Shown piece after piece: positions 37,870 through 50,719 of a stretch of DNA of 64,000 nucleotides. Made by a program: the position numbers and the translations under genes. Source of the stretch: Eledone cirrhosa (Eukaryota). Every line of letters begins with the position of its first letter. The stretch's first letter is position 1. The notes under the pieces are model-generated. The model did not search any database, was not told where the DNA came from, and was given only the letters and a program-made list of their open reading frames with translations. The stretch covers positions 311,426,001 to 311,490,000 of the forward strand of contig OZ024740.1 in the NCBI GenBank assembly GCA_964016885.1. The letters are read 5' to 3'.

Positions 37870-38640
37870 CTTGCTTTCGATGGCTGAGTTCTTGCAAATT
37901 CCAGAATTTGGAATTTGCTATCAAAAAAGCAAGAGCTCAGTCATCGAGCCACGACTAATATATTTACATTCTACTATCCCAAGTATCCTGTACTCTGTGA
38001 ATAATTGTCTTACTAGTTTAAAACTGGTATAATCCTTATATAAGTGCATACCTGACAGGACTTGCATCCACCATCAAGGACATTAAAAAGTGCCCTGGTA
38101 TACTGGTACCAGCGGACAAGACTGGAAACTTTTACCATATGAAATACAGCACATACCAAAAATGCATCATGAACGAGATACAAAAAAACTACAAAACATC
38201 AACACATGAAAATCTAACCCACATAAACAACCAGGCCACATTGCTACCAATTTCCCCGGAACATTCTTCAGGGTCCTTGACCAATCCTTTCCACCTACAC
38301 ACAAACACCACAGACCAACAGACACACAGTAAAATTCTCCTTCTCCACAACACCCAATCTTGCCGACACTATAACATACACCTATAGGACCAAAATACGA
38401 AAACATAAACAAGCATCCCAAGCAACACAAAATAACACCACTAACACAACACAAAATAACACCACACAGATAATACGCAATAATGCTCAACAACAAGCCA
38501 ACTCCAGCCAGAATGAGACCAACCAGCAATATACCAATAATGCAATAGCCCCTAGGTGCAACTGCAAAAAGCCAGAGGAATACCCACTGGGCGGAGAGTG
38601 CCTTGTCAGAAACATTGTATACCAGTGCGATGTCATGGTT
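37870..38640 (+). mobile_element. Internally deleted PLE (pLTR fold-back + ORF remnants)
   Basis: ADKTGNFYHM; RHTVKFSFSTTPNL; RCNCKKPEEYPLGGECLVRNIVYQCDV; inverted repeat at ~37877-37947. Confidence 0.8.
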
Positions 38641-39417
38641 GGGCACAATGAATACACCTATATTATATGTATATGTATGCATGTGTGTATGTATGTGTAT
38701 GTGTCGTGTATATATATGTGTGTGTGTGAGTGTGCACATGTATATTTATATTCATTTCACGCACTACACACTGTACTGGTGTATAAGTTAGCCCGCATAG
38801 TTAGTGTAGCAACTAGTTCATTTATTCAATCATCTACTTATTTATATTCATTTCAAACACTAACCACAACCCTTAGTTCTTTATAACACAAATATCCCTT
38901 TAAGGATATAGACAGTTTACACGAAAGCATCACCTCTGACCTAGGTTAACCTACTTTCCTTATGTTTTTCTTCATTTTTCTTTTTCTTTTTCTTTTATTT
39001 TATTCATCTTCAACAAGCCGCTGACCAACATAAACCCCACACACACAAACCCTTAGTATAGCACCGCACTCTTTCATCTCCCATCACACATAGCCCATAA
39101 CCACCTCCACACTCACACCCAGCACCTTCGCCTCACCACATACATGCCTTATTGTCTATGAAACAGCCCAAACACCACACCTCCGTAATTCACACCAACC
39201 ACCCCCACCCCCCTCGCCACCACCACCACCTCTTCATTATGATCCTTCCCCTCACCTATCACACATACCAAAACATTCCTTATATCAAAACCACCAACCA
39301 AAAACAGTAACTGACCACCATAAATGAATGTGAATCGTTATAAACCTTTTCTAAGTCCTACAGATTTATTCAGTCATTACCACAGCAGAGGTCCGACAAA
39401 CTTTTGATTCCAGAGTC

Positions 39418-39480
39418 GGGCTAGATCGATATAGATCGAACTTTGAGCTGATCAATAGCGAAACGCGCGTCACTAGTCAA
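39418..39480 (+). ncRNA. Hammerhead-like motif with atypical first core segment
   Basis: CTTTGA-gct-gatcaat-agc-GAAAC-gcgc-GTC-actagtc; palindromic ACGCGCGT stem III; followed by aataaa. Confidence 0.5.
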
Positions 39481-39588
39481 TAAACGTAATGAAGACATAA
39501 CAAATCGTCCTTGTATTATTATAATTACACTCTGCTTAGTTCTCTACCTCTTTACCGACTGGAAATTACGCATTGAGTGCTCACTCGG

Positions 39589-39785
39589 GTATTGGGAATG
39601 TAACGTGCAGTTACTGTAGATTCTACAGTACCTGCACGTTACATTCCCAATATATGATGATTTCCTTCGAATGAAACAGTTCTAGTCCTGTAGAAGCCAT
39701 TTCTATATTAAATTCGTTGTATATACACTACTAAAGTATTGAGTACCTTACTTACTGTGGTTACCCCCGATTGAACCCGGGACTC

Positions 39786-39786
<1 letters not shown>
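39589..39786 (+). mobile_element. PLE pLTR with hammerhead-like core and 5' fold-back
   Basis: ~30-bp hairpin at 39590-39652, then ATGATGA-t-ttc-cttc-gaa-t-GAAAC-agttcta-GTC-ctgtagaa. Confidence 0.7.
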
Positions 39787-39819
<33 letters not shown>

Positions 39820-39911
39820 TTAACATATACATATACATACTGATTGGTCTCTCTCTCTCTCACTCTCTCTCTCTATCTCTCTCTCTCTCACTCTCTCTCT
39901 CTATCTCTCTC

Positions 39912-39949
<38 letters not shown>

Positions 39950-40511
39950 TCACTCATTCTCACTATACATTTCCCATTATGCCTAACGAGGGTTTTAAAT
40001 GAAAGCTTTATTTCGCTTACTTTCTCGCCCCAATGATCAATCTCCTGTCGTGTGACGTTGTTAGTGTTGAGAAGAGAAACGTTATAAGCAGATGGTATAA
40101 GATGGACATTAGCAATTTTCATCTACATATTTGTTTTGTTTTCTTTATCTCCCCTTACCATTACTTATTTCCCCCTTGCTCTCGATAATTCATTGAACGT
40201 TTTGTTGTCGTTTCTAGCACAGTTTGGTTTTACTTCCATTATCCAGGCGTCAGTGATAAAGATATAGAGATTGATAGATGTGTAGAAGGAGGAGGGGTCA
40301 ACATGAAAATTGTAAAGACGTGAATATTCAATGGAAACATGAGGAAAGGGAAAGTAGATGAAAAGACATGAAAACTGGTGCAAGAAGTGAACGACTGGGA
40401 GACAAAAGGGTAGATAGATAGACAGAAAGATAGATATAACAAGTTAAACAGAAACAGTCTTTAGAAACTGGTGATGGTAGTCTGCGTCAACAATATTATA
40501 TAGTGAAGTAT

Positions 40512-40698
40512 GGCGGTGGAATGGCAGTATCGGCAGAGGGTCGGACGCCATGCTTTCCAGCATAGTTACGTCCCTTTACGATCTGAGTTCAAATCCCGCC
40601 GAGGTTAACTTTGCCTTTCATCCTTACGGGGTCGATAAAATAAAGTACCAGTAATGCACTGGGTAATTGCTGGCCTTGTGCCTAAAGTAGAAACAATT
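40512..40698 (+). mobile_element. SINE family B
   Basis: Homologous to 35930-36153; flanking direct repeat attatatagtgaagtatg (possible TSD). Confidence 0.88.
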
Positions 40699-40851
40699 AT
40701 ATAGTGAAGTATGTCAAAGGAGATCTTAGTGAAAAATATGTTTTCTTTCTTAAACCAATGGTCAGTACCGAAACGTCAGAAACTTTTTTTTTTTCTGGGC
40801 ATACGAACTTTCTAAACTCACGAATTTCACTGTATACAAATATTGAGAGAG

Positions 40852-40924
<73 letters not shown>

Positions 40925-41727
40925 TGGATCGTCTACGCCCGCCATATCAGCCACTGCGTTGCAAGGATGTTTAGTTTCTTTTCCATATCGCAAAGATACA
41001 TAAGGTTGATGTTTATTTCTAAACGAATTTATCTCTAGATCGGTCGCTGGTCTTTCCTCACTAGAAAAAGTAAAGTCAGTCTTGCAAACTATCGAAACAC
41101 TTATCAATTCTACACTGTTTATTGCAGTGAATTATACATGTCATCCAGCTCTGCAATTAACAATTAACCAAAATAGCCGTGAGACCCCATAGGGTATTTT
41201 TCCAGTACAGTAAATTGGAGTTTGTTCCATATACAGTATATACGGGCAGGAGCCCCAAGAGAAATTTTGCAAGGCGGTACAAGACCCCTTTCGGGCCCGA
41301 AGCAGGCAAAGATTTTTATCAAAATGGCTGTTGCATGGTTGCTGTGGAGCCTTCTTAGCTCTTGAGCTCTGGAACAAAGTACTAGCTGGACACTCCCCCC
41401 CCCCCTCCACACACACACACACCCCTCATAGCCCCTTTATACGAGTAACATAATCTTTTCAGTACTTAAGACCTCTAATGTTCTTAATCTGGCACTGATG
41501 CCATCACCAGTATCTACTTGGAGACGTTGAGGGAGCTACTATGAAGTTGCTCAAATTGCTAAAAAATGTCCCTTAAATCACACCCTACCATCTTAAATGA
41601 AGAAGGACACATTGGACAATATAGTCCTCGATATATTATGTTTAGAAAACAAACAAAAGTGACAGTCATGGCTAGAACTCTTTTATGTCTGCTTAATTTT
41701 TTCCTAAAATAAGTCTCAGAAATCTGC

Positions 41728-41837
41728 CATACGTCCTGGAGGCCGAAGGTTGTTTATTATTTTTTTCAAATTTTTGGGTGTCAAAATTAGGGTGCGTCTT
41801 CGAGGACGAAGCGTCTTCGGCGCCGGGAAATACGGTA
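41728..41837 (-). mobile_element. Tc2/pogo-like MITE end
   Basis: Reverse complement of 2985-3095; ends aaatacgg|TA. Confidence 0.6.
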
Positions 41838-41999
41838 CATATATAAGTCTGGAACTAGCTGTTGAAACGGCAAGAGCTCAGCCATCAGGGTCCTGACTCA
41901 TTCATATAACCATACTCTACTACCCCAAGTATCGAGTACTCCGGTGAGTAATGGTCTAACCAATACGTAGGCTTTACATGTAGCTGTTGCACTGGAGCA

Positions 42000-43217
42000 G
42001 TAGGCAGCAAACGACTACAGGAAACAAGTGCTATTAAATTCTGGGAAGGTTTGGTAGAAGCGGTAGACAGCTTCTGCTACCTGGGTGGGTGTTCCAAAAG
42101 TATAGTAGCCAGAGTGAGAATGGGATGGAAGAAATTCAGGAAGCTACTACCACTGCTAGCTACAAAAGGCTTTTCCCTTAAAATGAAAAGCAGACTGTAT
42201 GATGCGTGCATACACTCAGCAATGTTGCATAGTAGTGAGACGTAGGTGCTGTGTGTAGAAGACTTGCGTAGATTGGAAAGAAATGAAGCTTGCATGCTCC
42301 GATGGATGCGCTATAGTAATATACGTGAACGGCAAAGCTTAAACGAACTGAGAGAGAAACTAGACATAAGAGGAATCAGATGCAGTGCGCAGGAGAGGAG
42401 ACTGCATTGGTATGGATATGTGATGCGTATGAAGGATGACAGCTGTATAAAAAGGCGCAGAGTGCTCAAAGTTGATGGAAGACATGGAGTGGTAAGACCC
42501 AGGAAGACTTGGGATGATTTGATAAAAGCTGACCTTGCCCAGTTGCACCTCTCAAAGGTGATGATACAGGACTGAGATCTCTGGCGTTATGCAGTAATAC
42601 AGAAGACCCGCCTCCCCATGAGCACAGGCTGAACTACACATACAGTATGCACCACCTTCACCTCCACCTCATTCCATTCCATACACCTACCATGAGCACA
42701 GGCTGAAGCAAACATCTAGTGTACACCACCTTCACCTCCACCACCTTGCATTTACCTCCCATGTCCAAATACTCCACCCCTCGCACACGCCCAAATACCC
42801 ACCTCTCAAATTCCTACATACCTCACCCACCAAAGTCCCCAGCCCACTCTGTAAAGTGGTTGTAATGGCAACACGATAAAAAGTGCTCGTGTATGTGTCA
42901 CAACAAAAAACATCCAGCCCACACTGTAAAGTGGTCGTGTAGGTGTCACAACAAAAGGCACCCAGGCCACACTGTAAAGTTGTCCTGTACGTGTTACAAC
43001 AAAAAGCACCCAGCCCACACTGTAAAGTGGTTGTGTAGGTGTCACGACAAAAATCACCCAGCACACACTGTAAATGTGGTTGTGTTAAGAAGAGCATCCA
43101 ACTGTAGAAACCAAGCTAAAAGCAGTTCTGTATAAGCAAATCATGGTCACCTGATTTGGCTTTTCTCATAAGACATCTCATCTAATCCCTGCTAGTGTGG
43201 AAAAATAGACGTTAATC
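42000..43217 (+). mobile_element. RTE-like LINE 3' part with long 3'UTR and 48-bp VNTR
   Basis: VDSFCYLG..RMGWKKFRKLLPLL..RRLHWYGYVMRM..RPRKTW; 48-bp units at ~42840-43080; (GGT)n(GAT)n tail follows. Confidence 0.85.
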
Positions 43218-43285
43218 AGTGGTGGTGGTGGTGGTGGTGGTGGTGGTGGTGGTGGTGGTGGTGGTGGTGGTGGTGGTGGTGGTGG

Positions 43286-43328
<43 letters not shown>

Positions 43329-43339
43329 ACATACATACT

Positions 43340-43482
43340 TATAATTGTTTCTACTTTTGGCACAAGGCCAGCAATTACTCAGTGCATTACTGGTACTTTA
43401 TTTTATCGGCCCCGTAAGGATGAAAGGCAAAGTTAACCTCGACGGGATTTAAACTCAGAATGGCAAGGGTCGTAACTCTATG
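43340..43482 (-). mobile_element. SINE family B, partial
   Basis: Reverse complement of most of 40512-40698. Confidence 0.85.
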
Positions 43483-43909
43483 CGTCAATAATGGAATTAC
43501 CTCAGCAGCATTTTCTAGTACTTATCTTGTTATATACGGAGATTTTTACGGAGATTTCTTCAGTAATATTAGTGAAGAATTATAAACAAGTAAAACTTCT
43601 ATGACTCTAGACAGATAATTAAATCTTTTCCTGTCATCATTCTGTGGCAAAAATTGTAAATAATTCCATAAAACATCAATTCTATGTGTGGGGTTATGAG
43701 GGCCTTGCCTGAAGTATGGGGAGCAGTGACATCACATGAGATGAAGGCAATTAGGATAGCATCTGCTTCTTTGATAGTGTATGTTCTCTTCTTTGACTGT
43801 GTAACATGTAGACACGTCTATTCTAGGTAGACCTGAGAATTTCTGATCAGAGTCTAGGTAGGTAAAGTTTCACAGATTTATGCCACTAAATAAGAGCAAT
43901 TGTTAAGGC

Positions 43910-44580
43910 ATGAACAACTAGGTAAGTGAATTTACGATTCCCATTTCACAAGCTATTTTTGACGATAGCCTGGATTCAAAGAATCAATGTGATGGCAAAG
44001 GTGCAAGGCATTGAAGATGAGGTTCAGTATTTAGAGAGAAATGCACTGGCAATGTTTCTCAAAAGGAATGGACCTGATCAACTAGACACAGAAAAAATTG
44101 AATGCTGCCTAAAGGAAGTGTTCACAGAAGAGCGAAGTTAACGTAAGAGTATGTGGACGTATATGTAACAAAAGAACAGAAATTGACTACATTGTCTGAA
44201 TTTAGAGGAAAGTAACTGGAATTCATTAATTGCTTCCTTTATAATATAGGCTACATCATATGCCAAGCAGCAAAGTGATGACCATGAATGAGAAACTGTA
44301 TATCAACACTGAGTGATGATCAGAATTTTGAAGCAGTTGCAACTACAGAAGCTAGCAGCATGGGGCAGCAACCAATGAGTAACGAGACAGGAAGAGTCTT
44401 TTAAACCATGATTGTTTAAAAGCCAGTGCTTTATGTGTTGGTGTTTGCACATGGCGAAGAACTGCAAAACATGGTCACAGCAATTGTAGCCATGGAAATT
44501 GGTCAAATGGAACCTTATGGTATGATGCTAACAGTTTAGCAATAGGAGTTGTTCAGGAAGATATTACTGTATCTGTTAAC
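43910..44580 (+). pseudogene. Ty3/Gypsy-type gag remnant
   Basis: AWIQRINVMAKVQGI..ALAMFL..DQLD..IE..LKEVF; VDVY; zinc knuckle CFMC..HMAKNC; broken frames. Confidence 0.55.
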
Positions 44581-44584
44581 AAAA

Positions 44585-44900
44585 CCCCCTCCTGGGCATG
44601 GCCTTGTCGTGGCGAGGGGGCTTGTGTGTTCTATAAATCCGAGAGAGCGTTACCGTCTGGAGGTTTGATCCTCGTAGGGCCACCCTAGGTAGACCAGTCT
44701 CTTGGGGAGTTTCCAGACCAACAGTGACACGCAGCGTGTCGGATCGTCACCAAGATGGCAACTCCATCATCCGACTATTCTGCAGAGGGCCAATAACCCA
44801 CCCAGAACCATCAACCTGTTACGAAACCGACTAGAAGAAATTGGACTGCCCAACATCGGAACTGACCAAATTGATCAGTTAACAAAAACAATCTGGGAAA
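44585..44900 (+). mobile_element. RTE (BovB-like) 5'UTR fragment
   Basis: gccttgtcgtggcgagggggcttg...agggccaccc; similarity to RTE 5' ends recalled from memory. Confidence 0.55.
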
Positions 44901-45302
44901 ACTAAGCTTTGACTCTTTCTATAACATTAATAAAGGGTGCATTCCTTAGGAACTGACTTCTGGGTAGTGTTTAGACCCTTTTGATACCAACCTGCTTGAA
45001 ACTGTCCCTGGTTCTATGATACAAACATATCCATCACAATTTTATGTAAGAACCTTATGATGTTGGTGCTGCATTTAGACTCCAAGAAGTTTGTCACGTT
45101 TCTCTGCGGTGTATAGTGGGGAGATGGATGGAGTGTGTAGAGATGTCTGTGATTGTATTTTCTAGGTTTAAGGAAAGATTTGTGAATCCGTATGCTCACA
45201 CATACACACACACACACCTAGACAACACGCTCACCTAGATGCATTGATATATATAAAAAGTATATATATGCATATAACAGAATATACTGATATATAAAGA
45301 GA

Positions 45303-45396
<94 letters not shown>

Positions 45397-45619
45397 GCGT
45401 GTGTGTGTGTGTGTTCTAATTCATGACGTTCATGTGTGAAGGTTATATCAAGTTGTATAGCCCGTTGCTACACACAAAATGCAAGCATGGGAATATAGGT
45501 TGACTATGCTTCATGCATGCTTATATGGCAGATGTATTAGTTGTACGTATCCTCGGGTCCCAATATTCTTCACAGAGTGAGTGTATAGCTTTTGGAAGTT
45601 AATATCTAAGAACCAAACT

Positions 45620-46560
45620 AACTAGATATTCTAAGGAAAGTTTTTAATATTTTATGCCCACAAGTATAGAAGAGATCAGAAAGTTTGTTTATTACCAAGG
45701 GGCCTACTATTAATAATGTGTAGAGTTTCGGTAAGGCAAAGATTGCAACCACGTTAAAAAGATCCACTCACATATGGTGACGCTGTTGCGAACGTAGACC
45801 AAGACAGAGAGTATTATATTCGTTCCTGCTTAAGCCTCCATATAAGCTCAGATAGTGCTGTGTTCCGTCTCATATCAATTCGGTTAAAGGAGTGGTGATG
45901 GTTGTACCACCTACTATTAAAACTAGTTGCTGTTACACTGATGTACTTATACATTGCATCCCTTGTGGTAACCCTGCACTTATATAATATTTCTATTGAG
46001 ATATTTATTCTACAAAGTGCAGTTAAAAAAACCTAGTTAGATTTAATGTTTTTATTGTGTTGTGTTAAGATTATGTCTATAGATATTGTTGACTATCTGT
46101 TGCGGTTGAATGGAGTTGTGTCTGTTCGGTTCATTATCATGTTTCCCTAAAGTGCTGTTTCACTCAAATTTGGATTATGTTTAATCTTCAAATTGTTATC
46201 ATTAATCTTGGCTATGTGTTAGTCTAGGTTTTTAGTGGTAGAGTATGATAGCTTAACTATGTGCCTATTAAATATCTTGCTGTATCTATGTGATTTTGAG
46301 AAATATTTATCTAGTGCATTGAAGAAAAGTCAAGTGATGCTAGATTTTAACCACCAGGAGTTGGATTGCTTATACCATAGGACAGAACTTGAGTGGGTCT
46401 TGTTTCATCATGACCTAGTTTCATTAAGTTTTATATACTTGGTGGGGTTCCTTAAGGTGTGTTCTAGAGGATGTTGAGGAGGCGTTTGATTTCCCATTGT
46501 AACTAGTTGTTGTGGAGCTATTGTGTCTATGGGCTGCTCTATCTATATCCAGCCCTTCGT
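45620..46560 (-). pseudogene. PLE linker + GIY-YIG remnant
   Basis: DKYFSKSHRYSKIFNRHIVKLSYS; IIYKCRV..YISVT..RWYNH..LSELIWRLK..CNLCLTE. Confidence 0.8.
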
Positions 46561-46789
46561 TTAAGCTTATGGTTGTTGTCTTATTATAGGTGGCGTTTGC
46601 TAAGTCGGTTTTATCTCTACTATGTTTATGTGAGGTACTTCTGGATGTATTGTCAGTTAATGTGTCTATGCTAATGGTTATTCTATAAGTTTATTTGTTT
46701 CTGTATGGATGTGTTGTTGACTCTATCACTTGCTGTGTATTCTATTTTATCCTTATATACATATATATGTGTATGCATATTTCCTAAAG

Positions 46790-47187
46790 CATCTTCCTCT
46801 CTCCTTCCAAGTTTCCAACCTCCTCTATAAAGTGATAGCCCCTGGAGCCACGACAAAAGAGCCCAGGCCACACTATAGTGGTCATATAGGTGTCATGACA
46901 AAAGCAAGCGCCCAGACCACCCTGTAAAGTGGTCGTGTAGGTGTCACAACAAAAAGCACCCAGCCAACACTATAAAGTGGGCATGTAGGAGTCACGACAA
47001 AAGCACCCAGCACACACTGTAAATGTGGTTGGCGTTAGAAAGGGCATCCAGCCGTAGAAACCAAGCCAGAGACAGTTCTGTATGAGCAAGACACGGTCAC
47101 TTAACCCGATCTGCCTTAAACAGGACAACCCGTCTAACCCATGCTAGCGTAGAAAATAGACGTTAAACAATGATGATGATGATGATA
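46790..47187 (+). mobile_element. LINE 3'UTR fragment with 48-bp VNTR and (GAT)n tail
   Basis: Direct homology to ~42780-43217. Confidence 0.8.
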
Positions 47188-47196
47188 TATCATTAT

Positions 47197-47575
47197 TTGT
47201 GGATTGGCAGTATCGGTGGAGAGTCGGACGCCATGCTTTCCAGCATAGTTACGTCCCTTTATGATCTGAGTTCAAATCCCGCCGAGGTTGACTTTGCCTT
47301 TCATCCTTACGGGGTCGATAAAATAAAGTACCAGTAATGCACTGAGTAATTGCTGGCCTTGTGCCTAAAGTAGAAACAATTATTTGGTGGATTGGCAGTA
47401 TCAGTAGAGGGTTGGACGCCATGCTTTGACGCATAGAGTTATGGCCCTTGCCATTCTGAGTTCAAATCCCGCCGAGGTTAACTTTGCCTTTCATCCTTAC
47501 GGAGTCGATAAAATAAAGTACCAGTAATGCACTGGGGTAATTACTGGCCTTGTGCCAAAAGTAGAAACAATTATT
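47197..47575 (+). mobile_element. Head-to-tail dimer of SINE family B
   Basis: Two ~187-bp copies joined at ~47383. Confidence 0.88.
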
Positions 47576-48189
47576 ATCATCACCGTTTAACGTCCATTTT
47601 CCATGCTTACGTGGATTAGACTGGTTATGACGTTATGAGGCCAGTCAGGTCTTGTGACCATGACTTGCTCGTATGAATCTGTTTGGGACTTGGTTTTCTC
47701 TAGCTGGATGTCATTCCTAACGCTAACCACATTTACAGTGTGTGCGGGTAACTTTTTCCGGGGTACCACCACTACCACTTTACAGATTGGACTGGGTGCT
47801 TCGGAGAAAAAGGTAAAAAATAAAGGAGTGCCATATGTGGCTTGAACCAAATCTTGTTAGCAACACAGTACAACTCGTATATAGTATAACGTTCAGATTT
47901 AAAATAATTCAGAAAAGCATTTCATTGAAGAGTAATCTCCCTTTCTAGATACAGATTTTTGTTTAGAAAGGAATAGGTGGAAACCACTTATTATAGTCAC
48001 CCATACGTGTATTATTATCAAAATTAGTGGCTCCGAAACACACTTCATATATTATTAACTAAAAGGTATCTGCTAAAGAGATCACAGTAAACGATTTCTA
48101 CTGTTTATATTCTTTTAAATATTTTGAAAAAGATATGTAATTGATTAAAGTATTTTTCACTAGGCAATATGTTTGTGGAATGTGGCTTT

Positions 48190-49675
48190 TTTATGGGATA
48201 GATGTTAGCCTCCATGCTCAACCCACAGCCTGGAGGAACCGAGTTCATCTTAGTCTAGCTTCTACCCTTTGACCTGTCTAACATTGTTGGACCTATGGCT
48301 TAGCTCTCAGAGTCATCGAAATGCACAAGCCTCCACACCTAAACAAAGTAATAAACCATGTGGACCTCAATCTTGCAGCCACTCTTTGACAGAATCTCGG
48401 AAGGAAAGAAGATACCTGATGACTGGGCAGAGGGAATAATAGTTAAGGTTCCAAAGAATAGCAACCTAGGAGACTGCAACAAATGGCACAGAATCACCCT
48501 CCTGTCAATACCAAGCAAAATCTTAGGAAAAATCATCATTAAACACCTAGCAGATGCAATTGACCAACAGCTTAAAAAAGAGCAAACAGGATTCAGAAAA
48601 AGAAGAGGATGTACAGAACAGATATTTGCATTATAGAATATCATTGAACATTGCACAGAATAGCAGAGGCAACTTTACATCAATTTTGTCGACTTTGAGA
48701 AGGCATTCGACAACCTCCACAGAGATAGCTTATGGCAAATTCTATGAGCATACAGGATTCCTCAGTACATTTTCTTCTCATCAAGTCTTTCTACAACTTC
48801 GCATGCAATGCGGGGAACAGTGACTCCAGCTTTGAGATAAAAATAGGAATGAGGCAAGAATGTATGATGTCAGTACTCTTCTTCAAGCTTGCCATCAATT
48901 GGGTTATGTGGCAAACAACTGAAGATCAAGCTAGAGGCATACATTGGACCCTCTTTTCAACATTAGAGTATCTTGACTTTGCCAATCATCTGACTCTAAT
49001 ATCTCATACACATTAATGCATGCAGGAGAAAAATCTCACCCCAACCAATTTGAAGAACAGATCAGGTAGAAGATCAGCCACTCGCCTATTCAAGTAAATA
49101 GACAATATCTACCAACAACAGAAGAATCCACTTACCCCGGTAGCACTGTTACAAATGATGGAGGAACAGGCTAGATAATCAAGAACTGTCTCTCCAAAGC
49201 CAGAAATGCCTTCAAAATGCTCAATGTGTAGAGATCTCAACAATATGGCATAAAGCCCAAATTGGGAATATATCAGAGCTGTGTTCTTTCCACTCTTATC
49301 TATGACTCAGAATGCTGGTGAATGACAGAGAATGACCTGACCAAACTGTCAGTCGTTCACACAAAATCCTTAGAAAAATCCTTAGAAATTTTTGGCCTGA
49401 AAAGATCTCCAATGAGGAATTAGTAGGTAGATACCAACAGGAGAATATATCAGAAATCCTTCTAAGTGGTTTGGACAAGTTCTCAGAAGGGAGCAAGATA
49501 GTATCCCCAAAACAGCCCTTTACTAAACACCAGAAGGCAAGCGAAAATAAGGAAGGCCAAGGAACACCTGGTGCGGAAGAATTGAGGGAGAGATGAAAAC
49601 CTGGCAACACACATGGGTACTATCCAGAAGCTAGCCCTGGACAGGCAGAAGTGGAGGACCTTCACTGCTGCATGT
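48190..49675 (+). mobile_element. RTE LINE RT remnant with adjacent inverted 5'UTR-like piece
   Basis: PDDWAEGIIVKVPK..ITLLSIPSKI..EQTGFR; FVDFEKAFD; YLDFAN; 48190-48340 reads as an RTE 5'UTR on the minus strand. Confidence 0.85.
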
Positions 49676-49849
49676 ATTATATATATTTCCTTCAAATGAA
49701 ACAGTTCTAGTCCTGTAGAAGCTATTTCTATATTAAATTTGTTGTTCACTAAAGAATCAGACATGTGTATATATACAAATAGACACACACATACATAAAC
49801 ATACATTCATACAAAAACATACATATAGAGGCATAAAAACATACATATG

Positions 49850-50190
49850 GAGGCACATGGCTTAGCGGTTAGAGCATTGGCCTGGCAATCGAAAGGTTGT
49901 GAGTTCAATTCTCAGACCGGGTGATGTGTTGTTTCCTTGAGCAAGACACTTTATTTCACATTGCTCCAGTTTACTCAGCTGTAGAAATGAGATGATAGGG
50001 ACTGGGGTCCATATCATTCCACTGCAAAGTGGTCGTGGAGGTGCCACGGCAAAAAAAAGCACCCAGCACTCACTGTAAATGAGGTTGGTGTTAGGAAGGG
50101 CATCCAGCTGTAGAAATCAAGCCAGAATCAGTCCCCGTCCCACCCTTGCAAGCAGCGAAAAGCAGACGTAAAATGAAATGATGAATGATG
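49850..50190 (+). mobile_element. Composite SINE: tRNA head + CORE-like box + RTE-related body and tail
   Basis: ggcacatggcttagcggttagagc..gagttcaattc; ccttgagcaagacactt; aggaagggcatccagc; gacgtaaaatga..tgatga. Confidence 0.8.
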
Positions 50191-50719
50191 ATACATGCAT
50201 GTGCACATAAACTCAAAAACCTCACACATAAACATACACAGATGCTCATATAAAAAAAAAATATTCACAGACACTCACGTGTATACATGCACACACAAGA
50301 TGCAAAAACGTCAGACACATACAAAAAATTCAGACATACGCATGCACACTTCCATCAATGATACACAAACTACACATACAGACAGAAGCAATAATGCACA
50401 CCCATGAAATGCACTCCATTTGCACACACATAACACCCATAATACACCTGGACTCTCCCCCTTGGCCCTCATTCCAAAATGCCAGATTTCTTGCCTACCA
50501 ACTCCAGCCTTCTTAATTTTTTCTTCCCCAAACATAAATGTTCCAACTTTTTTTCTCTCTCTACAAATTCTCCATTTCCTCAAGAAGGACTTATGTCTGA
50601 AATGTCAAACTCTCTTCTTCTTCCTCCTAAGCGTAATACAAATAAGAATGTGTTTTTGCATCGCTGTCTTGGCATTTCTTGAACTATATATATATAGTTC
50701 TCCAGGCCATAATAGATGA

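Noticed and set aside
43926-44141. Host exon flanked by GTAAG sites
   Set aside because: Peptide and downstream zinc knuckle fit a decayed Gypsy gag better
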